Source: Cycas panzhihuaensis
Taxonomy: Eukaryota > Plantae > Cycadophyta
Reading direction: 5' to 3'
DNA length: 64,000 nucleotides
Assembly: GCA_023213395.1 (NCBI GenBank)
Contig: CM041465.1
Coordinates: forward strand, 203,305,741 to 203,369,740
The notes beneath the pieces are model-generated. The model saw nothing but the letters and a program-made list of their open reading frames with translations. It made no database searches and was not told the DNA's origin. The position numbers and the translations under genes were made by a program. Positions 15,200 through 29,300 of the stretch are shown here, piece by piece. Positions within the stretch are counted from its first letter, which is position 1; each line of letters opens with the position of its first letter.

Positions 15200-18100
15200 C
15201 CATTGATATGCCAAAGAAATTACTATCATCTTGAGAAAAACCCAATTTCCTTACACATCACCAATTCATTTTATTATAAAAATAGACACTTGCATATCAT
15301 CCTTTGTGCACTAGCTTTGTGATGAACCCATTGATTAATAATAAATAAATTTATTAAATAATTATTAAGTAATGGCGTGTCAATTAGAATGTATCAACAT
15401 AGATAATTAGATAAATATCAAAAAATGGATAAACAATTGCAAGATGCTAGAAGCTAAAGTGCTAAAAGATAAAAAATAATTCCTAGTTAGGGAAAAAAGA
15501 AGAATCATAAACTTGGGTTGTATGGGTTCTCATATTTACAACCGAATAAAAGCCTTTTGTAGAGCCAACTTCCATAATAATTAAAATAATTTTGGCTCAT
15601 TACAATCCCTCCCTCCTTGAAATACTTTGCCCTTAAAATTGGTTATTTTATGGCTTTGGCCTTGAAGAATCCTTGACTTGAAATGCTTTGCCTAAGAAGC
15701 ACAAGAGATACAACATGCATCTTGAGTCCACCATCAGCTCAAGCCATGATATCATAGGCACTACTTGGTCTACCTTTGCATTGACTTCTAGAAGTAACCC
15801 ATGTGTATACTCTTTTTAGATGTGATTATGACTTCTCTAAATAACTTTTGTGTGCATGATCTTATGTGTAGAAGATCCTAAGATCTGTGTGTTAAAAAAT
15901 CAATTTGATAGAGATCATGTGTCCTATTCCCACATTATGCCCATGGGGATTTATCGACAGAACAAAAAAATAGCTTGGAAACAAGAAGATGAGATGGTTA
16001 TGAACAAGGGGCACATTATGAGGTATGGTTGGGGTTTCCTTGTTATTATTGGGTTAAATGGAGTTATATAGCACAAGAGAGTGAGTGGTAAAATATGGAC
16101 TAATGGGCCTATTAGGAATCTTATAAAAGAAAGAGATTTAGAGAAGAATACAAGCAAAAGGTATACCCAGAGTGAAAATGGTGTGTGCATATTTGTAAAG
16201 AGATAAGGTAATGAACGATAAGGATGTGAGTTATAGGAATGATTCAAGAGTAGCCAATAAGGGAAATTTGGAAAGTAAGATGTAAGAGGGTGTGAACAAT
16301 AATGTAGTATATGTTGTTAGTTGAATCTTAAGAAATGTGGAGGGGTCGTAGGAGAAGGGAAAGAGATAAGATATGGAGAATACAACAGAGATCCCTTATA
16401 GATATTGATCATGTAAGAGAAAAGAGAAAAGAGAAATAAGGGTAATAAGAGATGAGGATGATAAAAAGATTAATAATTTGAAACATGTGAATGGAATATA
16501 TAGTGACTGGTTGTAGAAACAAGAGCAACAAGGGGTAAGGTTGATATTCATTGCAGATCAAATTTGGATACAACCTATACAAGAGATTAATGGCAAAATA
16601 AAATATAAGAAACAAGGAACACAATGCATATTCTACATAGATAAAAAAGAAATAGGGGTTAGAACTTGAAGTGTGGGTGAAGGTTGGGATTGTAGAGTGT
16701 GGTCAAGGTTGGATAATGACACTCGTATAGAGTTACAATAGAAAAGGTATATGGTAAGGTGAAATGATAAGAAATTTATATGGACAAACATTAAAGAGAG
16801 AGACATAACAAGGGAGATGAATATTGAAGTATGGTCAATGATGGAAATTTCTTAAAAATAAGGAGGAGGGGCATGGAGAAAGAATATTGATGTGTAGGTG
16901 TGAACAAGGGTTAGGAGTGGTATACGATACCAATGGCCTTGGGGGATGATAAAGGTATAGAGGTCATGGGGGGGGAATAAAGATGAAAGTTAGGTAGATT
17001 GATGAAATTTCTATACCAGCACACATCGAAGAGAAAGATATGAGGCAAAATAAGAACAAAAGGTAACGATGAGTTGTGTTAAAAGTATGATTAAGGAGTA
17101 GTACATACAAGGGATTGATAGGAGAATGAGGGTTGGGCATTGATGAACGATGGCTCACATAGAAAAGGGGATGTATAGGGATTGTAAATGATGATGTAAG
17201 TGAAGAAGGGTAAACACAATAAGGTATGTGAGCCAACTTAAGGATTGGAACACAAGGGTTTCTAGAAGATTAATAGTGCTAGGTCTTCTTTATGGGAAAA
17301 GGATCTTAACAAGGGCAGAGGGAGGAGACATGCAGAACAATGCATAGGGGTAAGTGAGAAGGATGATAAGAGGATAGAAAATTTGCTTGTGAGATAATTG
17401 TGGGGGTGGAGAGAGAGAATGAAACCTTATAAGAGGGATGCATATAAATAAAACTAGTACAGACTTTCACATTTTAAGAGTGTCAATTGGCATCTCTTTG
17501 TCTTTTTTTCTTTTTTCTTTTTTTTTTTTTGTTCTTTTTTATATTTATTTAGAATTACTCTTGTCAGGTAGTGTGGAATAAATAGTCATGGGCAAAGTCA
17601 GCTAAAAGTGCCTATTGGCACAACTAGGGAGCAATGGAAGTGGGGACTTAATAAAAGGATGAGGGATGTCATGATGCAATTTTTCCTTTGGGGATTTCAT
17701 AGACAATAAATTTTGGTGATAAAAGAGTGATGAGTGAAGGGCCTTGAGGAAATAGAATTTCGCCTAGAAAAAAATGGGAATTAAGGGCCTTATGGTATGA
17801 TTATACTATGGGCTCTTGATGAATAGGCTTTTTCTGATGCCATGCAACATGAAAATTCAAAAGAAACAATCAAAATACCAAAGAAAATTGACAAATATAA
17901 AACAAGACTTGAATTCACAATAGCTACCTCATTCGAGTTGATACAGTGCTCCAATTTTATGGTTGGTTATTTTTCATACTATTATAATACGACCTCTTCC
18001 TTGCATGTTTCATGCACCTCAATTGATTCATCTTTAATTTGTTCATCAATGGACTTTTCTTCTCTATTAACTTGCTCTTGTGTGCGATGCACTTCTTGTT

Positions 18101-18300
18101 TACATGGGGGATCTTCCCCTACTTTGTGCAATGACTTCTGTTTACAATAATATTCATAAAAGTGAGCTATGGCAATCTCCCTATCTATTAGATTTGACTT
18201 GGCCTTGTAGAATTGAATTTAATAATTAATGGCACATCCCAAGATACTCCCTATTTTTACCGCAATATGTGCTCATCACAATGAGGAAACTCATAACAAT
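15200..18300 (-). mobile_element. Same-family decayed LTR element (copy D); ends approximate
   Basis: LTR start (minus strand) TGTAATGAGCC at 15604 with the shared GAAGTTGGCTC motif. PPT-like TCCCTCCCTCC at 15606-15616. Purine-rich tract ~16000-17450. Confidence 0.5.
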
Positions 18301-18847
18301 TGCTTTGTATTAAATGAAAAAGTCTGCTAAGAATAATAAGTGATACCTAGCCACTATGTTTAGAATAGTTTGATTCTTTCAACCCCGTTCTTGTTTTGTT
18401 TTAGGCTCAAAGCACATAGGCAACTCTAAATAAAACCTAGGTCCTATCTCCACATTAGCATTGTTATGAGTCTGCATGTGCAATGGGATATAGACTCTAT
18501 AGCTTATGGGCTCCTCAACACGATCCTCCTATTACAGTTTTCATGTCAATCGTGTTCCACCCCAACTTTGCACACACTAAGTTTCCACCAAGCATTGATC
18601 TTTAATTTGAACCACCCAATTCTCTAAACTCTTTATACCCCTAAAGAATCGTGGTGACCTCTTGCAAGTTCCTTTTTCCTCTCTAACTACATGTCTTAGA
18701 CAAGCTTCGCATGGACTAACTTCATCTTCGCATCAGGTATGTTCAAAGTCATGCTCATTTAATTTCATTATTCAAACACTATGTCTTGCAAATTTAAGCT
18801 CATTATGTAAATGCAATGTCCTACGAATTTGAGCTTGCAAAATGCTA

Positions 18848-19395
18848 TGTTAGGTCATGAGGCCCATTTACATTTCATGTGGTGCCTCCACAATTAGTCA
18901 ATTATTTATAAAGAATATGCACAATCCGTCAATTATGTTATTCAAGGGTGTCTATGTTGGAGAATAATGTTTAATGGATGGTCAATACATGATTATTGTA
19001 ATAGTTATCCCTCAAATATTATGTATACACATCTTAAAGAGGAGCACATTATTGCATATATCAATCTATGAACATTATTCAAATGTATATATAGAACTCA
19101 CATATTTATGTATTCATCATAAGTTCCCTTAAAGGTTTTCTAATACCATTTACTTCAATACAGTGAACTATATCTATAAACATGTACTTTTCCATAATCT
19201 AATAATGAAGATGATCATTCCCCCCAACACTTACTGTCTTGTGTTATGATACATATTTTATTTTTGTGTACTTTATATTTTATGTTTTATTCATTTTTCG
19301 TTTCATATTTATGAAGTTTAAATATTGAACTTAAATCATAATTTGTAACATGATGTCAAAACAATCCCAGTGCATTTTCTAACTTGGTATCTAAC
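18848..19395 (+). repeat. Possible orphan 5' LTR with a degenerate PBS
   Basis: TGTTAG at 18848 ... TTCTAAC at 19383, followed by TGGTATCTAAC. No partner LTR identified. Confidence 0.3.
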
Positions 19396-20699
19396 TTACA
19401 GTTGAAACATCAGAACCCATGGTTGAATCCTTAACATTGAAGGTTGGATCGTGAGAGTTCATAGTTTGATTATCAAAGCTGATGGCTTGAATCGATTGTG
19501 TTTGTTTGCATGAGTTTTGATGGAATCTATTTGTAAAAGTTATGCCTAATATGTTGAATAGTTATGAATGGGGATGAATTGCAAGTGTTGTGATACTAGG
19601 ATCTCAATCTATGATGAGATTTTTTTTTAATTGATTTAATAGACGGATGTTTATACATGTGACTAGCCTAAAAAATTTGCATGCTAGGATTTTATGGTAA
19701 CTCCACATCTCAATTCTTTTTAGTGCTTTTTTGTTGAAAGATAAACAATAAATGCATACATATAATCTCATAGAGTGTTGAGACAATTATGGGCATGGAA
19801 TGAGGTCACAATGATTATTTTTCAAGGCAAAATGGGAAAATGACCAACCATATATCTTTTATTGACGAACCAATTGTGGCAATGTCATTCACTCAAAGTT
19901 TTATCCTCATAATAATTGATCATCTTAGTATTATTAAATTTTTATTTTCTTTTTTTCTACAAGTAAAACCATTGTAAAGTCGGGTTAAACTTTCTGCATG
20001 AGATGCCATAAGAAAGGGGTAAATCTATTCTACCAAAATCACCTAGGACTTGCTCCTAGTCTCACTCATCCCAAAGGTATTAACAAAAACCTACCTCACT
20101 TCCTTCGACTACTTGAGGCATAAAAAGAGCATATAATAATTATGAAAGTGCACCTCTTGCAAAATCATCAAATCTAAACTTCAAATAAGTACGATTGGTA
20201 CATGCATTAGGGTTATTAGATTAATGTTAACTAAGGTCATTCTTTACCACTTTTCTAAATTATACATTAGAGTTACCAGCACCTTCAAAGGGACTCGGAA
20301 GCAATTTACAACAAAACCATGGGGCTTTGATATCATCAAAAAATGGGAATGACACCGAGTTCTACTCTCATTAGGCCCATCAATTGAAGATTATAATTTT
20401 GCGCAGTATTGAGGTTGCAGTGTGTCAGTGTTAAGATTGCTAACTGAACATTAACCAAGGCAATTTTCTACCACTTCTTTGAATGCTGTTGTGTGATTGC
20501 ATTAAGATAGTCAGTAGATCCATCAATCATCATATTCAAGAAAGGATACTCATTATCCAAAGTACACACTTCTGTCTAACAAGAGTGAATCCCAACATTA
20601 CAAACACCACTACTCTTGGATTAAATCTATGTTGTGACCACCATCAATTCCATGGATCATTAAGGTTATCATTAGATATTGCTTATTTGAAGTACACAA

Positions 20700-23600
20700 T
20701 ACTACCTTGGGCATGATTGGACCCCAACTTCGCAAGTTCATCTATCCTTTAATTGAATCTATGGGCAATATGTTGGAATGCGATGCTTGAGAAGTGTTGG
20801 AATAAGTTCTCGGCTTCTAGAAAAGGAGACCTAAGGTTGACACTCTCTGGGGATTTTATTGTTCTTAACTACATTGATTACCAACAATAAGTCCCCAACA
20901 GTGTGAAAATGGTTGATCTAAAGATTGATGGCCTCAGATAGATCCCTAATGAGACCCATGAACTCTGCCTTCATTATTGGACCTAAATCCCAATCTTTCA
21001 ACATATTCTTGGAGACTGTTCCATTGTGGATCCTACAAAAGACCCGCTACTCCAAATTTACCTAGATTTAGTTTAGAGGCACGGTTAGAGAATAATTGAT
21101 AGTAGCTACTCAAGAATTCAGGCTCATCACTGGATAATGCCTTGCATAGAGACTGGTTTTTTTTATTGCGAAGCCAAACTCCTCCACCAAATTTAACTCT
21201 CTAGGGGTTAGAGACCATGAAAAGTAAATAATTGATTCTTGCCCCTAAATTAGCACCTTGGCTTGTGCCTTTATGCAAAACCAACATCTAGTTGTGGATG
21301 CGGACTCGCCTTAGAAGATGAATTAGTTATGGGTTAGCTAGATGTGCCAATAAACAAAGTGGGGAAAGATTACCCATAACTTTTTTAGTTGTGTTTTCCT
21401 TTGGAAATGGAGAGGGTATTTATCGACCTAGATTGGAGCTATGTCTACAAGCTCTGGGTCATGCTCATACCAAGAGGGTTCAGCTTACAATATTTGCCAA
21501 ACTTGATGCCAAACACCACTGGTAAAGGAACACTGTGCAAAAATGTGATGAATGCTCTTGTTGTTTTTCTTACACAAAAAGCAAATTGACAGACCTTGAA
21601 TTCCACGCTTCTGCAAGTTTTCAACACTGAAAATAACATTATGCATTACCAACCATATAAAATGGTTAATTTTTTGAACAGACGAATTAGCCCAAAGTCA
21701 CTTCCATTTGATGTATGTCTTGGGATTTTGACTATTGTTTGCTACCTATAAGAGGTGGTATGTAGTTTTAATCATATACATACTAGGTCCAAAGAAGGGG
21801 CCCCACATAAACTCATTTGAACTATTATGAATTCTGATTTTATATAGGTCAATTTTTTGGAAAAAAGGGCTTAGATTCTTTGTGAAGATTGTCTAAAAGG
21901 CATTGCTAGTCTCCACGCCATTGGGCGAAGTAGACAACCCATTAAAGGGATCAATTTTGAAGAATGTATGCACTTTGTTGAAACCTTTGTTCAAGAACCA
22001 TGAATAGAGGTTGCAAATTGACTCACATTTAGATAAGGGCGCCATGTCATAAATATAGTCATGCTAGATGTTGGCCTTCTCACCATCACCCACTCTTCAT
22101 GAAATCCCTAAACTAAAAGACTCTATGCTAGCACATATTAGTTTTCTGATCAATGAGTTGGCTTTGTTGATTTTGAAGTGCAGGTTTGGTACGGATTTAG
22201 CCTATCTTCTTAAATATATTAGTTTTCTGATCAATGAGTTGGCTCTGTTGATTTTGAAGTGTGGGTTTGGTACGGATTATGCCTATCTTCTTAAATATTT
22301 TGCTACAATAATCCTAGCAAACCATAATTTTGAGTCAATGATCATGCACCAGATGATCTTAGAATGGAATAGATGTGGAATACATGATACACAATAAGGG
22401 CCTCAGTCCTAAACCACCCATCACCTTAGGAGTGCAAATCCGATCCCATTTTATCAAATGAAATTTCTTGCGACCAGGATCCCTAACTCCTTGCCACAAA
22501 AAGTCTCTAAGGATCTTTTTCAAGCAACTTATAACCCCTGCTAGAGCAACAAATTGACAAATGATATGTTGGTATAGATGCAAGCACAACATTCATCAAG
22601 ACAACTCTTCTGGTAAAGGATAGCCATCTAAACGACCAAGATTGAACTCTTCTTTCAATTCCATTCAAAATAGATTGCCACTAGCCTTAGTCCTATTTTC
22701 TAAGATTGATTAGGACTCTGAGATATATGAAGAAGTTGTCCTTGTCATAGAAGTGGAATCCAAAGACCTGGTTCAATTTACGTGAGATTTGAGGTGTAGT
22801 TAAATGTTATCAACTTGAACTTGCTAGAGTTAACCTAGGCTCCAAAAGTAAAGCAAAATTTGTCTAATATTGTCTTCACCTTCCCCACTTCGTCAATTGA
22901 AGTAGAAGCAAAGATGAATGTATCATCAATTAATTGAGTATGAGTAATATTTTCCAACAAGGAAGTGATCATAGATTTAGTAAGCTCCTTCTTATCACAA
23001 GCCACTGGCAGTGATCTACTTAAGGCCTTGACAACTAGCCCAAAGAGGGCAAGAGAGAAGGGGCATCCTTGCCTGATCTCCCTCAATGCCTTAAAAAACT
23101 CTGTGAGAGAGCCATTAACCAACACTGCATAAGAAGGTGTATTGATGCATACTTCAACCCAACAATTCGATCATTACTGAATCCAAATTTAAATAAGCGT
23201 TGCAAAATCAAGTTTAATCAGCATGATCTTCCTCTTTGAAATATGTCATGAATGGATGAAGTCCTCAATAATAATAACCTGGTCAAGGATCTACCTCCTT
23301 TCACAAGCCCACCTTGTTCACTAGATATTATCTTTGGGAAAGTTTCCTATAGTCAGAAGGCTATAATTTTGGATATGATCTTGTAGCAATAGTTTCAAAG
23401 AGAGATTGGTCAGTACCTATCCAAATTGGTTGCATGAGTCTCCTTTGGAATTAAAGCTATCATGGTTGAGTTCAAGGCTTTAAGCATTTTATCCTAATTT
23501 TCTAGATTCCTCAACCATCTAAAGGAGATCCTCCTTGATAATGTCACACGAGACCTGATAAAAATTTGCTTGGAAGCCATATGGACCAGAGGACTTGTCT

Positions 23601-24480
23601 ATGTTAAGGCTGAAATTTGTAGAATGCAACTCATTCATAGTGACTAACTTGGTTAAGCTTTTATTCATTTATGAGTTAAGTTTAGGAATGTCTTCCAAAA
23701 TCTTTTTCTAATCAGGGCCCTCGTCATGTTGTTGTTCTACAAAAAGGCTTGCAAAATGTTCTTTTGCTAAGTCTCAAATTTCTTCCCATATTCAGACATG
23801 ATCCACTCAAAGTTTTTAATTCCACAATTTTGTTCTCAAGTTACCAAGGTTTTAGTGCTTCGCGGAAAAACTGTTAGTTTGTGTCTCATAGTCTAGCCCA
23901 AAGCATCTCAGACCTCGGTCAAAACAACACATCATTTTCCTTTTCCAAGGCTTCCATCTTAGCAATCAATACAACTCCCTCTTGTTTGATGGAAACAAAG
24001 TCTTCTCCTATAAGAGCTCTTTTTTGGCTTGATTCATCATACTTCGCTGCCAAACTTTTATCTTCTTCTTAACCTACTTCATTTTGGAGTGGAATATGTA
24101 CATCTTGGTACCCAAATAATGTGCCTCTTACCACCATTTCTGAACAAAGGATAAGGAACTCCTTGTTATTGGTTATTGTTGGGTATGTATAAGCTTGATT
24201 TAGGGGTTGTTGAGGCTTAAACCAAACCAAATAGAGGGAAGCTTCAAACATCCATGCAAGTACAACTACTCTAGTGTATTTTTCTACAGGAGAGTTCCCT
24301 TCGTTTGCGTTCGTATGCATGTATTGGAAACCCTCAATACAAGGCTTAGTCACTTCAAATAGAGAGGATTTAACAAAGGGCTTAAGCACTGTCGAAGGTG
24401 ATTGGTGTCCAAGTCAGAAAATACAAGGCAAAATGTCAGAGGTACCACACAAGGGTATGAGGATCCTCTTGTTTCCCATT
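20700..24480 (-). mobile_element. Older, heavily decayed L1-clade LINE ORF2 with C-terminal RNase H (ends approximate)
   Basis: RT remnants (IRQGCPFSL, QLIDDT, RDFLW...LIKWDRICTPKVMGGLGLR). RNase H remnants at ~20700-21100 (ASKLNLG, AEFMGLI, VGDLLLVIN, FQHI...IDELAKLG). Confidence 0.85.
22135..22297. repeat. 81-bp tandem duplication inside the old LINE
   Basis: ATATTAGTTTTCTGATCAATGAGTTGGCT...GCCTATCTTCTTAA occurs twice, period 81, with about 5 mismatches. Confidence 0.9.
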
Positions 24481-25240
24481 CATAAATGGGCACATTAAAG
24501 AAATTCAAATAATATTAAATCCTTTGAGTTCATTAACGATTGGAAATGGAGATATTAAGGCTTTCTTAATTATTACTATGGTTGTGTTGAAGTTATATTT
24601 CTTCCTGAATGCTATGTTGAAGATTTAAATCTTTATTACTCCAACATTTTTAACAATCGTCTATAGTTTTGAGCTATGGCAATATTATATAATAGTCGAT
24701 TTATTTATTTGAACCCGTGATGATGATTTAGAGCAATTATCAAATTTCTTTCTGGAGTATGTGTTAATATGTGAAGGAAGACGACTTTGGGCAGTTCTAT
24801 GGAAGAATATTAAGGTAAATTTATGCATGAGAAGAGTCTGTGTGCTTTGACAAGAAACATGACAAACCTATGAGCATAGCAAGATCATCATTGACAGTTG
24901 TTGACACCCATGCAGCCCATTTAATGTTGGATGATATGGAGTTGCAGATGATAATTATACCATTGTTTTAAATAGACTTGAAAGCCAATTCTTTTCGAAG
25001 GATCCCCTGCAAGAAAGTTGCCAGGAAATGTAGTCTTGAATTATTATTTGTTAACACTATCACAAGCATAGGGGAGTAAAGAAGAAGGCTTGGGCCTATT
25101 CTCCTACATTGGGAAAATGGATGTGATAATGCAGCACATCGACTAGGGTCCACTCTGCATTCTGAATTTTATATAGATGGAACATTAGTCACCAAAGATG
25201 AAACGTATCTAGTCTACAAGTAATATACATTCCTGATCTA

Positions 25241-25450
25241 TATCTATAGCCACAGAAGAGCTACAATTATCTGAGACTTTCACTGATGGGAAGGATCCCT
25301 TTCCAAAAAGTTCTATTTTGCAAGTTTTGAGAGTGTAGGATATAGTATTGGAGAATTGTCAAAAGAAAATTTTTTTCAATGGTTTAGAGCACTTCACACA
25401 CCTTCTTTCAAACTCAAATTAAACGATGACATAATTGTTCTTCAGATAGC
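25241..25450 (+). pseudogene. Short fragment of a UPL1/UPL2-type HECT E3 ubiquitin ligase N-terminus
   Basis: ELQLSETFTDGKDPFPKSSILQVLRV*DIVLENCQKK(fs)FFNGLEHFTHLLS resembles the recalled UPL1/2 motif PFPK.AVLQILRVMQIILENC.NKSSF.GLEHFKLLL. Confidence 0.75.
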
Positions 25451-26398
25451 AAACCTTGCATGACCTAGTCTATTTGCTAACAAAGAGTGAAATTACGGTT
25501 TTTAGCATGCGTGGGATTAAAATCACTCTAACCATAAAGACAAAGATCAATATGGAAACATTCAAAGTCAACTTAGTCAATAACAATGCAATAGATAAGC
25601 AACAATAGTAATAGTAAAAAATTCCTCAATGTAACCAACAGTGAGGTACAATAGAAAATGACTAAAACTATTGGAAGCATTCCTAAAGGAGTTATTTTAG
25701 GTAACTTGCTTCAAAGTAGTGTTTATCTCTTAAAACCCAAGTTGTGCATTTTTGTTAATTTGATTAAATTATTTCAATTTCAAGAGTATTTCACACTTAC
25801 TGTCATGGAAGGGAAGAGAAGGGCGTAGTCACACTTATACAAGAGAGAAATGAATATTTCCTAAGTGATATACTCTTACCGATTCCTAAGTATAATGAAA
25901 CAAACTATTACTGTTGAACAATCAAAATGAGAAGTATATTTATGTGTAAAACACTATGGGATATTGTTACTGATGGACATAATGTTTATAATGATGAAGA
26001 GGAAAGAGAAAAGTTCAAAAAGAAATATATAGAAGTAATTATTGTAGAAATAAGCATATGCACAATATTACCACAAGATCACAGAGACAAGCAATTACAG
26101 GCTCCAAATAACATTGCACATATACACCAGATTGATAGGTGGAAAACCCCTTCTGGGGAAGAAAAACCGCCTCCTAAAGTTGTGTTTATATTAAAAATAG
26201 TGAAAACATGATACAATATGCTGAAACCACCAAACCAGCCTTTCAAAAAGGCTTTTAGACAGCCCTCCTAGATTCTCGGAACCATCTCCTTAAATCTAGG
26301 AGAAGAATTAATACTAAGAAAGGTTCATTGAAATGCAGTTGCGCATTTCAACCACCTTCTACATAAGATTAAAATAAGCACTAAAGTTAAACATTAGA

Positions 26399-29300
26399 CT
26401 TGAGGGAGAGAATCCGGGACTAATGTGGCAGAAACATCCAGACTTGAGGGAGAGAATCTGGGACTGGTGGGGAGTCCAGGTTCAGGGTTGTGCTATGTAC
26501 AGGTTTTCGAAGAAATTGAACTGGATCAAGCAACAAATCAAGGTCTGGAACAGGGAGGTCTTTGGAAATATCTTCGAGAACAAGGGTGGGTTGTTGGGGG
26601 AGCTCAAAGTGATCGAGGATAGGATCCAGATCGAAGGAAGAACCCAAGAGCTGGACAATAAGGAACTCTCCACTTCCAGGAAACTCGAGGAGGTGTTGGA
26701 GAAGGAGGAAATCTTCTGGAAGCAAAAGTCCAGAGAGCAGTGGAGGGGGACAGAAACACCAAGTTCTTCCACCTATCTATATTGAGACATAGGGCCCATA
26801 ACAGGATCACTAAAATTTGCAGCAGGAATGGGGGGGTGTATGAGGCCGAGGATCAGATTGGTGGTATTGCAATGGATTATTTCAAGGAGCTATACATAGA
26901 GCACGGATGCTGTGACCTGCCCTTAGGGCAGCTCTCTTGCAATATATCCCGAGAGTGATCACGGAGGCCCTTAACAAAAAACTGACAGATCCCTTTACTC
27001 AGGAGGAGGTGGAGAAGGCGGTATTCAAGATGGGTAGGGATAAGGCTCCGTGGGATGGATTCCCTCCAGGATTTTTCCAAGAATATTGGGAGATAATCAA
27101 GGATGACCTTATGTTGGCGCTTAATGAATTCTGCCTAAGATGGACAATCTTGAAGGAGTGGCAGGCTACCTTCTTGGCCTTGATTCCGAAGAAGGAGGGA
27201 GTGGAAGTCATGGAAGACTTCAGACCTATTAGCTTGTGCAATGTTAAATACAAGATATTGTCCAAAGTGCTAGCAAACCGCCTGAGGGAGACCTTACCGG
27301 ATGTTATCTCTCCAAATCAAGATGGTTTTGTGAAAGGCAGACAAATTTCGGATGGTATTATTATTATCCACGAAACCCTGCATTTCGACATTCCATCGTA
27401 AGGAGGCGGGCATGATAATTAAAACAGATATGTACAAAGCCTATGATAGGGTGGCTTGGGACTGCCTGCTGGACTGTCTCGAGGCGTTTGGCTTCGGGGA
27501 GGTTTGGAGAGATTGGATTAAATGCTGTATATCTAGAGTCTCCTTTTCGGTGTTGATAAATGGTAGGTCGACTCCCTTCTTTGAAGGGTCGAGGGGTTTA
27601 AGGCAAGGTGACCCCCTCTCCCCCTTCTTATTCATAATCATGGCTGAAATGCTAGGTAGGGCAACTTTGGAGGCCCAGCGATTAGGGATGCTTTCTGGTT
27701 TGAGAGCTACTTCCAACCTAGAAAATATTGTGCTCCATCAGTTTGTAGACGATAACATTTTCTTGTGCAAGGCTTCCCTGGAGGAGGCCAGGGCTTTAAA
27801 ATTGGGCCTTCAGGTCTATGAAAAGGCTACAAATCATAAAATCAATTTGGATAAAAGCTCGGCTTTCTTTATCAACACCCCGGAGAGGCAGCAAAGAAGA
27901 ATAAGTAGGATTTTGGGGATGGCCAGGGGTTCCCTCCCTAGTTCTTATCTCGGCTTGCCTCTTTTTGTGGGAAGGATGGGGAAGAATTTGTGGGATCCAG
28001 TAGTGAGTAGATTTAACAAGAAGCTAGCGGGTTGGAAAGGGGCTCTTCTTAGTTGGGCCGGGAAAATTCAACTTGTGGTGGCTTCCTTGCAGAGTATCCT
28101 GGTCTATCAGATGACGGTTTTCAAGATGCCTTGCAAGGTTATCTCTACTCTGGAGGGAATCATGAAGAGATTTCTTTGGTCAAGCACCGAAGAAAAAAGG
28201 AGAATCCACCTAGCGTCTTGGGAGAGGGTTTGTAACCCAAGGTGGGCAGGGGGTCTCAGCGTAAGAAGGTTGGGCTTTTTTAATGAAGCCCTCTTGGCAA
28301 AGACGGGGTGGAGACTCATTAAAGAAGCTGACGCGATCTGGGGGAGAATTATTGCAAGGAAGTATTTGGGGGACAACCATTTTTTGTTGGAGGAGGGGTA
28401 TTGCATTGATGGTTCCCCAGTATGGAGGGCTATTAGGTCTGCGAGGTCCCTCCTTCGCGAAGGAATGAGATGGAAATTGGGAGACAGCGAAAGCATTAAG
28501 TTCTGGGAAGATAGATGGTGCGGCTACTCTAAATTAAAGGAGATGCCTAACATGGGTAACATGAAGAGGGAATGTGTTAACCGATATGGCTCGTTAGTTA
28601 AAGATTACTGGGTAGGGCAAGGTATGGAGAGGAGATGGAGATCCTTTGAGGATCTGCCTGGCCTTGAGGAGGAAACTCAAAGAGTGAAGGAGATATTAGG
28701 GAACCAGTATATTTCGAAGAGATCTATGCCAGACACGTTGGTATGGCCCCCCTCGCCGTCGAACTCATATTCGGTGAAAACGGGCTATAATCTGAGGATG
28801 AGTAGGGAGGGCTGGGAGAGGAATGACTTTCTAACTGGGGCCTAGAAGTTAGGAATCCTTCCAAAAATAGCTGCTTTTTGGTGGTTATGCCTCCAAAATA
28901 AATTACTTACTTTGGATAACCTTGCGAAAAGGGGTATTCATTTGGCTAGCAGGTGTGTACTTTGCAAGAGGGAAGTTAAAACCCTGGATCACCTAAGTTC
29001 ATTGCCCCTACTCGGTGTGTATATGGAGCAACTTTTAGTCCGGCCTGGGATAGCACGGTTTCATCAAAATCCCTTAAAGATCAGTGGAGTGCTTGGATTC
29101 CCCCTTTCAAAAGCAAAACCCTTATCAAACTTTGGAAGATGATCCTCCCAGTAGGCTCATGGTATATTTGGAAAGAATGAAACAGGAGGATTTTCGAGGG
29201 AAAGGAGAAGGATTGCCTGTCCCTACTAGTGGAGATAAGAAAGGGTATCACAGAAATGTTGGTTTTACCTAAAAGGGGCAGGATTCCAGAAAGGGAAGAA

